Of a stretch of DNA of 64,000 nt, positions 37,411 through 45,200 are shown piece by piece (within the stretch, counting starts at the first letter, position 1; the number at the start of each line of letters is the position of its first letter). The stretch lies in assembly GCA_003166915.1 (NCBI GenBank), contig PMUK01000155.1, positions 5,600-69,599 of the forward strand, given 5' to 3'. This DNA comes from Vulcanimicrobiota bacterium (lineage in GTDB: Bacteria; Vulcanimicrobiota; Vulcanimicrobiia; Vulcanimicrobiales; Vulcanimicrobiaceae). A model generated the notes under the pieces. That model was not told the DNA's origin, did no database searches, and saw only the letters and a list, made by a program, of their open reading frames with translations. The translations under genes were made by a program, and so were the position numbers.

Positions 37411-39234
37411 ATGTCAGTGCGCGCCATCAACGATTTTACGATTCGCGTGGCAACGGTCAACGGCTCGGGAAGTCAATCCTCCAATCTCGTGCTGACCAAC
37501 GCCATCGCGAGCCTCGGAATTCCCGTCGCTCCGAAGAACGTTTTTCCCTCGAACATCGAGGGCTTGCCCACGTGGTTCGACGTGCGGGTTTCGGCGCTGG
37601 GATATCAATGCCGCGCGCGCGACTTCGACGTGCTCGTCGCACTCAACGCGGTGACGTGGCAGCAAGACGTCGCCGGCGTCAAGCCCGGCGGTGCGGTCGT
37701 GCACGAAGACAGCTTTCCTTGCAAGGGCGACACGCTGCGCGAGGATCTTAGCTACTACGCCGTTCCGTTCACGGCGCTGGCGAAAGAGCACTTCGCCGAT
37801 AAAGGTGACCTGCGCAAATACTTAATGAATATGATCTACGTAGGCGTGTTGGCGCAGCTCCTCGATATTCCGGAAGCGTCCCTCGAAGAAAGCTTACGCT
37901 CGCAGTTTCGCGGAAAGGCCTCGGCGGTCGAGCTCAATCTTTCCGCCGTGCGCGTCGGCATCGAGTACGCGAAGCAGCATCTTGAGAAGCACGACCCTTG
38001 GCGCCTCGTCCCGATGAGCGGAAAGACCGAAGGTCTAATGTTCATGGAAGGAAATCGCGCCGCGGCGCTGGGCTGCGTCATGGGCGGCTGCACCGTTGCC
38101 GCCTGGTATCCGATCACGCCGTCTTCCTCGCTGTGCGAATACTTCATTCAGTATTGCGACCGCTATCGCGTCGATAAAGAGACCGGCGAACGCAGCGTTG
38201 CCATCATTCAAGCCGAAGACGAGCTCGCCGCCGCCGGGATCGTTTTTGGAGCGGGATGGGCGGGCGCGCGAGCGATGACGTCGACCTCAGGCCCGGGCAT
38301 CTCGTTGATGGCCGAATATGCGGGCTACGGATATTTCGCGGAAGTTCCGGGTGTAATCTTTGACGTACAGCGCGCCGGACCGTCGACCGGACTGCCGACG
38401 CGAACGATGCAAGGCGACGTGTCGTTTGCGTACACGCTCTCGCACGGCGATACCAAGCATCTCGTGCTCTTGCCCGCAACGGTGGCCGAAGCGTACGAGC
38501 TTTCAATGGAAGCGTTCGATCTCGCGGAACGCTTTCAAACGCCGGTCTTTGTGCTCAGCGATCTCGATCTGGGAATGAACGCGTGGCTGACGCCGCCGCT
38601 GGCGTATCCCGAGAAGCCCTTCGACCGCGGAAAAGTGCTTGGCGCCGACGACTTGAGCTCGATGAAGGGGTGGGGACGCTACCGCGACGTCGACAAGGAC
38701 GGGATCGGCTATCGCACGCTGCCGGGGACCGATCATCCCGGGGCCGGGTTCTTCACGCGCGGCACCGGCCACGACGAAGAAGCCCGTTATTCGGAGCTCC
38801 CCGAGGTTTGGCAGCGCAATCTCGATCGCCTTAACCGAAAGACTGAAACGGCCAGGACGGCCGTGCCCGCGCCGGTCGTTGCCGAGAAAACCACCACCAA
38901 GGTCGCGATCCTTGCGTACGGAACGACCCACCACGCCGTCGTGGAGGCTCTCGATTTTTTGCGCGAATCCGGGATAGAACTCAACTACATGCGCGTGCGC
39001 GCGCTGCCGCTCTCGCCCGACGTCGCGACCTTCGTAAAGCGTCACGATCGCGTCTACGTCGTCGAGCAGAATCGCGACGGGCAACTGTACGGAATTCTAC
39101 GAACGGAGCTCCCAACTCACCTCATCGGCCGCCTTGAATCGATCCGGCATTACAACGGCGTGCCGATCGACGCACACGCAATTATCGACCCCCTGCTCGA
39201 CGCGGAGCGCGCGCCGGCGGTGGTCGCGGAATAG
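37411..39234 (+). CDS. korA: 2-oxoacid:ferredoxin (acceptor) oxidoreductase, alpha subunit (KorA-type, fused gamma/alpha)
   Basis: 607 aa. The N-terminus INDFTIRVATVNGSGSQSSNLVL is typical of actinobacterial-type KorA. The central YPITPSS motif is present. Confidence 0.9.
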   Translation: MSVRAINDFTIRVATVNGSGSQSSNLVLTNAIASLGIPVAPKNVFPSNIEGLPTWFDVRVSALGYQCRARDFDVLVALNAVTWQQDVAGVKPGGAVVHEDSFPCKGDTLREDLSYYAVPFTALAKEHFADKGDLRKYLMNMIYVGVLAQLLDIPEASLEESLRSQFRGKASAVELNLSAVRVGIEYAKQHLEKHDPWRLVPMSGKTEGLMFMEGNRAAALGCVMGGCTVAAWYPITPSSSLCEYFIQYCDRYRVDKETGERSVAIIQAEDELAAAGIVFGAGWAGARAMTSTSGPGISLMAEYAGYGYFAEVPGVIFDVQRAGPSTGLPTRTMQGDVSFAYTLSHGDTKHLVLLPATVAEAYELSMEAFDLAERFQTPVFVLSDLDLGMNAWLTPPLAYPEKPFDRGKVLGADDLSSMKGWGRYRDVDKDGIGYRTLPGTDHPGAGFFTRGTGHDEEARYSELPEVWQRNLDRLNRKTETARTAVPAPVVAEKTTTKVAILAYGTTHHAVVEALDFLRESGIELNYMRVRALPLSPDVATFVKRHDRVYVVEQNRDGQLYGILRTELPTHLIGRLESIRHYNGVPIDAHAIIDPLLDAERAPAVVAE

Positions 39235-39243
39235 GATGACAGC

Positions 39244-40275
39244 ATGACCGTAAACATCGTCGGCCTCACTCGCGAGGTCTACAAGGGGCTTCCGACCACG
39301 CTCTGTGCGGGCTGCGGGCACAACTCGATCACCAATCATTTGATCAAGGCGCTCTACGAGTATGGCGTCGAGCCGCACAAGTTGGCGAAAATGAGCGGTA
39401 TCGGCTGTTCGTCGAAGACGCCGGCCTACTTCGTCGAGCAGGCGCACGGTTTCAACGGTTTACACGGACGGATGCCGTCGGCTGCAACGGGAGCGAAGCT
39501 GGCCAACAGCGAGTTGCTCGTTCTAGGCATCAGCGGCGATGGCGACACCGCGAGCATCGGGCTCGGACAGTACTGTCACATGATCCGGCGCAACCTGGAC
39601 TGCACGTACATCGTCGAGAATAATGGCTGCTATGGTTTGACCAAGGGGCAGTTTTCGGCCACCGCCGACGTCGGCTCGAAACAAAAAGGCGGAAAGACCA
39701 ACGAGTACGCGACGATCGATATTTGCGGACTCGCCATCGAGCTGGGCGCCACTTTCGTCGCGCGCTCGTTTTCGGGAGATGGTAAGCAGCTCGTGCCGTT
39801 GCTGCAGGCCGCCTTTTCACATCGCGGCACCGCGATTCTCGACGTCATCAGTCCGTGCGTCACGTTCAACGATCACGAAGGCTCGACCAAGAGTTATGCC
39901 TACGTCAAAGAGCACGACATCGTGCTGCACACTGCCGACTATATCGCTGGGGGCCGCGAGATCACGCTCGATTACGACCCCGGTACGGTGCAGGACGTTA
40001 CGCTCGACGACGGCTCGCACGTGCTGCTCCGTAAACTCGACGTCGAGTACGATCCGACCGACGGAATCAGTGCGCTGCGCGTAATTCACGAGACGCGAGC
40101 GCGCGGCGAGTTCGTTACCGGGCTGCTTTATGTCGACACGACGCAGCAGGATCTCTGCGCGCGCGAGCACCTGGTGAAGACGCCTTTGGCGCAGCTCGAC
40201 GAAGAGTCGCTGCGAATCGGCCGCGAGGAGTGGCGGAAGCTGATGGAACCGGCGGGGGGACCTTCCAAACCCTGA
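39244..40275 (+). CDS. korB: 2-oxoacid:ferredoxin oxidoreductase, beta subunit (TPP-binding)
   Basis: 343 aa with CAGCGHNSI and the GISGDGD TPP-binding motif. It lies 9 nt downstream of korA. Confidence 0.9.
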   Translation: MTVNIVGLTREVYKGLPTTLCAGCGHNSITNHLIKALYEYGVEPHKLAKMSGIGCSSKTPAYFVEQAHGFNGLHGRMPSAATGAKLANSELLVLGISGDGDTASIGLGQYCHMIRRNLDCTYIVENNGCYGLTKGQFSATADVGSKQKGGKTNEYATIDICGLAIELGATFVARSFSGDGKQLVPLLQAAFSHRGTAILDVISPCVTFNDHEGSTKSYAYVKEHDIVLHTADYIAGGREITLDYDPGTVQDVTLDDGSHVLLRKLDVEYDPTDGISALRVIHETRARGEFVTGLLYVDTTQQDLCAREHLVKTPLAQLDEESLRIGREEWRKLMEPAGGPSKP

Positions 40276-40985
40276 CCGCCGACGTCATCGCCGCGTTGCG
40301 GCAAGCAAAATCCGTTTTCGTTCTGACCGGTTCGGGTACCTCGGCGGAGAGCGGCTTGCCAACGTTTCGCGGTGTCGGCGGTCTTTGGCGCACGCATCGC
40401 GTGGAAGAGCTCGCTTCACCCGAGGGTTTCGCGCGCGATCCGGTTCTGGTCTGGACCTGGTATAACGAACGCAAGGCCGCCCACGAACGAGCCCAACCCA
40501 ACGCCGGCCACGACGCGCTCGCGCAACTCGAGCGGTCGTTGCGCGACTTTACGCTGGCAACGCAGAACGTGGACTCGCTGCATCAACGCGCCGGGTCGCG
40601 TAATGTGGTCGAGTTGCATGGCAGCCTGCGAGAAGCTCGTTGTACGCGCTGCGACGCGCGCCGCCTATTCGACGCTACGGGCCTTCCCCTGGACGAGATC
40701 GACCACTCGTGCGGCGGTCGCTGGCGCCCGGACATCGTATGGTTCGGCGAATCGTTGCCGCCGGCGGCCTGGCACCAAGCGCAGGAAGCGGCCGCACGCG
40801 CGGACGTCATTCTCGTCGTCGGTACGAGCGCCGTCGTCTATCCTGCCGCGGCGCTTGCAACGCATTACAACGATCGCGCTTTTGTTGTGGAGATAAATCC
40901 GGATCGTACGGCGATCAGCGAACGAGTGGATTGCGTCCTGACGGGAACGGCTGCCGGCGTGCTTCCACATTTACTTACGAACTAA
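40230..40985 (+). CDS. cobB: NAD-dependent protein deacylase (Sir2/CobB family)
   Basis: Motifs VLTGSGTSAESGLPTFRG, TQNVDSLHQRAG, ELHGSL..ARCTRC, RPDIVWFGE and VVGTSAVVYPAA are present. The start is uncertain: GTG 40230 overlaps korB by 46 nt, and TTG 40296 is the alternative. Confidence 0.88.
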   Translation: MAEADGTGGGTFQTLTADVIAALRQAKSVFVLTGSGTSAESGLPTFRGVGGLWRTHRVEELASPEGFARDPVLVWTWYNERKAAHERAQPNAGHDALAQLERSLRDFTLATQNVDSLHQRAGSRNVVELHGSLREARCTRCDARRLFDATGLPLDEIDHSCGGRWRPDIVWFGESLPPAAWHQAQEAAARADVILVVGTSAVVYPAAALATHYNDRAFVVEINPDRTAISERVDCVLTGTAAGVLPHLLTN

Positions 40986-42802
40986 GAGAGTCGTTTCGCA
41001 AGCAACTCCGTGAGCTTTCGTTCGACGCCACGCAGCTGCGCATTCTCGGCTTGCGCCATTGCCAATCGATCGCGTAACTCCGTGGTCGCGACGTGGCCAT
41101 ATCCCGCCGCAGCCGCAGCCGCGAGCCGGCGCAAAATGCGGCGCTCGTCCGGATCGAGGTCCTCGCCGGTGCAGTGGTCGCCATACAAAGCAATCGCTTC
41201 CAACTGCGGGCCGACGGCGACCGGAACGGCATAGAGCACCCGGCGCTCGTCGTCGGGAAGGCCGGAGCGCGACCATCGCACATCGTGCGGGTCGATTGCA
41301 ACGAGGTCGGTGCGCAGCCGCAAGACGAGCGAGTCGTCCGCGTCGAGTGACGTTGCTTCGGACTCGTGCCAGTTGTGAGCGCGAACGCGTCGATACACGG
41401 CGTTTTCGCAGCGAAAGACGGCTCCCGACGAAAGAGCGAGCGCCTCAACCGGCTCCTCCACGAGCGCTTCGTCGATCGACTGCGCGGTCGACGCCTGCGG
41501 CAACGAGCGCGCGACCCGAGCGAGCCGCTCTTCGGCGAGGTGGCGCCGGCGGAAGAGCACGCGATCGACAAAATCGTCAACCCGTTTGTGAAGCTCGTTG
41601 AGCGAGATCCCCAAGACGATCGCTGCACCGATGTCGAGGAATGTCGCGACGCCTTGGCGTTCCAAGAGCTTTGCGAAAACGTATTCGATCAACGTGAAAA
41701 TGGCGACGGCAAAGATGGTCAGCATCGTGTAAACCACGGTGCGGCTGATGATGAAGCTTACGTCCATGACGCGATGCCGAATCACGCCGTACGCGACTGC
41801 GGCGGCAACCAACGCCGGCGAGGCCGAAAATGCGATTGAGAGAGCAAAGAGCGCGCTTTGGCTGGCCGTCCATTCGGAGCCGACTTGCTGCAGGACGCCG
41901 CTCACAATCAACACGACGAAGCTGGCGATGACCGGCAGCAGGCGCGTGCGCGCGCCGCCCGGCGTCGTGACGTAGGTTGAGACGAGAGCGATCGATGCGA
42001 CAACGCCGGGCAGTACGACGGCGTAATTTGCCAACGAAATCCAATGGGCTGGGGGCACGAGCGAAAAGCGCACTTGCATATAAGCATAAAGATAAATCGC
42101 CGCAACGATAGCGCCAATCGGCAGGCCGAGCCGGTCGATGATTTGAGCGACGCCGGCCGGCCGGTCGCTTGGAAACCGGCTAGCGAAGATTATGACGGCT
42201 GCGGTTTGCGCCGCGTAGAGCAGCGCAAGGGCTGCGTCGAAGGCACCGGCGCCTGCATTTTCGGTCTGCTGCGACCAGAAGATCAGGTTCCACGGAATCA
42301 GCAGCGGCGGCGCGATCAAGGCGAACGCCCAAGTCATCGAGCTCGGCCGCAGGCCTACCAGCAGCAGACCGGTCAATCCGAAAGCAAGACCCGCTAACGC
42401 GTAGGTGAGTGTTTCGGTGCGGCCGATGGCTGTCATGGACTCTGCGTACAGCGTCACCCAGCGTGCCCGTCCGGCGTGAACGATCTCGAACGTGATCGGT
42501 GCGTCGCCCGGAACGTTCTCTTGAAAGATGACGAAGTGCCGCCCGCGCAGCGGCAGCGTTGCATAGACAAGCCGGTCCCCCCGCACGATTGCCGCACGAT
42601 CGGCCGGCGAGGCACGCTCGACCTCCACGATTGTCGTGCCGTCTTTTCCAACGAGAAATCCGTAGGCTCCGATCGCTGCCTTGTAGGACGTAACGGATGC
42701 CGCAGCGCCCGTAACCTCGAGCAGGGCGAGGATCCCGACGAGGACGATGCGCGTGCGGTTAGGCACGCGCTCGCTTTGCGGCGCGCCGGGCAAAGAGCGC
42801 AT
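40982..42802 (-). CDS. Multi-pass membrane protein with an N-terminal PDZ-like segment and a C-terminal GAF-like cytoplasmic domain (no recognisable output domain)
   Basis: 606 aa with a PDZ-like stretch (VEVERASPADRAAIVRGDRLVY) and about 8 predicted TM helices. The roughly 200-aa C-terminal soluble region ends in a coiled coil (ELRDRLAMAQAENAQLRGVERKLTELL). Domain calls are by eye only. Confidence 0.45.
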   Translation of the reverse strand: MRSLPGAPQSERVPNRTRIVLVGILALLEVTGAAASVTSYKAAIGAYGFLVGKDGTTIVEVERASPADRAAIVRGDRLVYATLPLRGRHFVIFQENVPGDAPITFEIVHAGRARWVTLYAESMTAIGRTETLTYALAGLAFGLTGLLLVGLRPSSMTWAFALIAPPLLIPWNLIFWSQQTENAGAGAFDAALALLYAAQTAAVIIFASRFPSDRPAGVAQIIDRLGLPIGAIVAAIYLYAYMQVRFSLVPPAHWISLANYAVVLPGVVASIALVSTYVTTPGGARTRLLPVIASFVVLIVSGVLQQVGSEWTASQSALFALSIAFSASPALVAAAVAYGVIRHRVMDVSFIISRTVVYTMLTIFAVAIFTLIEYVFAKLLERQGVATFLDIGAAIVLGISLNELHKRVDDFVDRVLFRRRHLAEERLARVARSLPQASTAQSIDEALVEEPVEALALSSGAVFRCENAVYRRVRAHNWHESEATSLDADDSLVLRLRTDLVAIDPHDVRWSRSGLPDDERRVLYAVPVAVGPQLEAIALYGDHCTGEDLDPDERRILRRLAAAAAAGYGHVATTELRDRLAMAQAENAQLRGVERKLTELLAKRLS

Positions 42803-44117
42803 AGACGGGCAACCCTGAGAGTAGAATCGCGATGCCGATGCCGGTATCGTGCGGCGATTTCAGGACGGTATCTCCGACGATATACCACGCCGCGGCGAGA
42901 AAGAGCAGCGTGGTTACCGGGTGTCCCGGCATGCTAAAGACGGGTTTTGGCGCCCGCGGGTCGCGCGCGTCGCGATTGCGGAAGACGATCAGCGCGATCG
43001 CGGCAAGCCCGAAGAAGATGTAATCGTTGCAGGTCACGTAGTTCAGAATCTGGTCGTAGCTGCCGGAGAGCGCGATGACGATTGCGACCAGTCCTTGCAG
43101 TAGGATTGCGAGCACGGGCGCGTGAGTGCGGGCGTTCACCCAAGCGAGCTGTTTAAAAAACGTGCCGTCAGCTGCCATCTGAAAGTAGACCCGGGGCGAC
43201 GTAAGAATCTGGTTGCTCAGAAAGCCCAGCGTCGAAAGTGCGATCACGGCGGCCATGATCTGCAAACCGATCGGGCCGAAAGCAATTCCCGCAACCTGAG
43301 AGGCCGGCGTATTCGTCGCCGCCAAGCCGCCGATGCCGAGCGCGCGTAGACAAGCTGCATTGACCGCCAGGTAGAGGATGACGACAACACCGACGCCGGC
43401 GATCAAGCCGCGCGGCAGCGTTTTCTGCGGCTGGTGTAACTCGGCCGTCATAAAGCTCGACGTTTGCCATCCGCTGTAGGCGAAGAGTACCGGTACCATT
43501 GCCAGCCCGATTACGGCGAGCGTCCCGCCAGGCGCCGCATGCGCAGGCATCGTTACCGCCCCGGCTGCGGCGTGAACCGCAAAGAGGCCGATGGCCGCAA
43601 ACGCCGCGATGGCGAGGACCTTGAGCACCATGAACGCGTTTTGCGTCGTCGTGCCGGTGCGAACGCCCAGCGCGTTGATCGCCGTGAACGCCGCAATTGC
43701 AACGACGGCGACTCCCGCAGTTGAAGCGTGCCAACTCGTTAACGTTGCAAAATAATTGGCAAACGTCACTGCGGCGGCAGCCATTCCGCCGCTTTGCGAC
43801 ACGAGCAGCAGCGTCCAGCCAAAGATGAATGCGAGCGCCGGATGAAACGCGTCTCGTAGATACGCGTAGCGGCCGCCGTCCGCCGGACGGCGCGCCGCCA
43901 GTTCCGCGAAGATGCCCGCGCCGAGCAGCGCGATCAGACCGCCCGCGACCCAAACCGCCATCACCAGAAATCCGCTGCCGACAAAGCGGGCGACGACCGA
44001 TGGGTTCATAAAGATGCCCGAGCCGATGATGCCGCCCATCACGATGAGTGCGGCATCCCGGCCTCCCAGGAGACGTATGAGTTTAGGTGCCGGCGCGCTC
44101 ATCGGGGGAATGTCCAC
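42759..44117 (-). CDS. Amino acid permease (APC superfamily)
   Basis: 452 aa with about 12 TM and the N-terminal pattern (LGGRDAALIVMGGIIGSGIFMNP) typical of APC transporters. Confidence 0.88.
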   Translation of the reverse strand: MDIPPMSAPAPKLIRLLGGRDAALIVMGGIIGSGIFMNPSVVARFVGSGFLVMAVWVAGGLIALLGAGIFAELAARRPADGGRYAYLRDAFHPALAFIFGWTLLLVSQSGGMAAAAVTFANYFATLTSWHASTAGVAVVAIAAFTAINALGVRTGTTTQNAFMVLKVLAIAAFAAIGLFAVHAAAGAVTMPAHAAPGGTLAVIGLAMVPVLFAYSGWQTSSFMTAELHQPQKTLPRGLIAGVGVVVILYLAVNAACLRALGIGGLAATNTPASQVAGIAFGPIGLQIMAAVIALSTLGFLSNQILTSPRVYFQMAADGTFFKQLAWVNARTHAPVLAILLQGLVAIVIALSGSYDQILNYVTCNDYIFFGLAAIALIVFRNRDARDPRAPKPVFSMPGHPVTTLLFLAAAWYIVGDTVLKSPHDTGIGIAILLSGLPVYALFARRAAKRARA

Positions 44118-44138
44118 ATTCCAGCGAAGAGGCGCGTC

Positions 44139-44657
44139 ATGTTCGCAATTGCAACCTTCGTCCTCGCAGTGCTAGGTGTCACCGTAGCTCAGATGCCTCC
44201 TCCGGGGTCGCTCCCCCCTCTTTCGCAGCCGCCGCTCGAAAGCGGCGCATGCCTCGATTCGCCCCGGGCCGTCCCAAGGGTGCTTATGAAGCCGGTTTCG
44301 CGTGCCATGCAGTTAGTCGGCATCGATGCAGTCGTCTCGACGGCGACGATGACGTCCAACCAGACCATCGGCTTCTTGTATACGACCGGGGATGGCGGCA
44401 CGTGGCTCGGCGAGCGAACCGGGCTCTACATGTCTGCGGCCAATGCCACCTCCATCAACGCGGTCTTGGCCGCAACGCGCGCCGCAGGCGTCGCGAAGGA
44501 TGAATTTCCCCCTCAGAGCCGCTATGGTGAGCCCACGGGGTACCCACAATTCTTTAGAGTGCAGATACCGCCCGGCGCCCTGGCCGCCTTGCGGATCGAA
44601 CTCGTACCCTGCGTCCGCTGGCCGAGCGCGCGCCCGCTCCCCGATCCCACGATCTAG
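44139..44657 (+). CDS. Hypothetical secreted protein
   Basis: 172 aa with an N-terminal signal-like segment (MFAIATFVLAVLGVTVAQ). I recognise no family. Confidence 0.4.
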   Translation: MFAIATFVLAVLGVTVAQMPPPGSLPPLSQPPLESGACLDSPRAVPRVLMKPVSRAMQLVGIDAVVSTATMTSNQTIGFLYTTGDGGTWLGERTGLYMSAANATSINAVLAATRAAGVAKDEFPPQSRYGEPTGYPQFFRVQIPPGALAALRIELVPCVRWPSARPLPDPTI

Positions 44658-44756
44658 TCCCAGGATGAAATACCTTAGCGCCTGCGCGAAGCGCAGTCCT
44701 GAGCGAGGCGCTTAAGCGCCGAGTCGACGGGTCGGGATGACATGAATCAGGGCAAG

Positions 44757-44783
44757 TTAGCAGAGGTCGCATCCGAGTGCTAA
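44757..44783 (+). promoter_or_regulatory. CIRCE-like element overlapping a candidate promoter of hsp20-lon
   Basis: The sequence is TTAGCAGAG-gtcgcatcc-GAGTGCTAA. The right half is a perfect CIRCE half-site, the spacing is exactly N9 and the left half matches 6/9. TTAGCA (-35-like) and TAAGAT (44781-44786, -10-like) are 18 nt apart. Confidence 0.5.
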
Positions 44784-44804
44784 GATGACGGGTTATTGCC
44801 CCTG

Positions 44805-45194
44805 ATGGAGTTCGTGGTTCGAGCTCGCTTGGGAGCTTTCGCGCCGAATGCCGACGTCTTCGTCGACGAGGATCAGCGGCGCGTTGTCGCGGTCGTAGAA
44901 GTGGCTGGAGCCGATCCGGAGAGTCTGCGCGTCGTCGTTGACGAGCGGTTTTTCATCATCGGCGGACGCCGCCGCGAGGCCGCGCGGTTGCGCAACGGTT
45001 CCTTCGTACAGAAAGAGATCGCGCACGGCGAGTTCGTCAAACGAATCGCGCTGCCGGTCGCGGTGGAATACGATCGCATCGCGGCGACGTACGAGGACGG
45101 TTTTTTGATCGTCGTCGCACCGATTGCGGCGACGGCCTACCAGCCGACGGCCCGAACCGAACTCCACATCTTGGTAAAAAGGACGCATTCCTAA
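44805..45194 (+). CDS. Hsp20/alpha-crystallin family small heat-shock protein
   Basis: The alpha-crystallin domain pattern is present (VDEDQRRVVAVVEVAGADPESLRVVV...FVKRIALPVAVEYDRIAATYEDGFLIVVAP). ATG 44805 is used (the track TTG is 44796). It ends 6 nt before lon. Confidence 0.85.
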   Translation: MEFVVRARLGAFAPNADVFVDEDQRRVVAVVEVAGADPESLRVVVDERFFIIGGRRREAARLRNGSFVQKEIAHGEFVKRIALPVAVEYDRIAATYEDGFLIVVAPIAATAYQPTARTELHILVKRTHS

Positions 45195-45200
45195 ATACAG

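Noticed and set aside
40230-40985. Sir2-domain gene as a possible anti-phage defence component (Thoeris/DSR/SIR2-HerA-like)
   Set aside because: It is a compact roughly 250-aa CobB-type sirtuin with all the housekeeping deacylase motifs. It has no fused or adjacent TIR, SLOG, HerA, Argonaute or large N-terminal domain, and it sits next to korAB metabolism genes.
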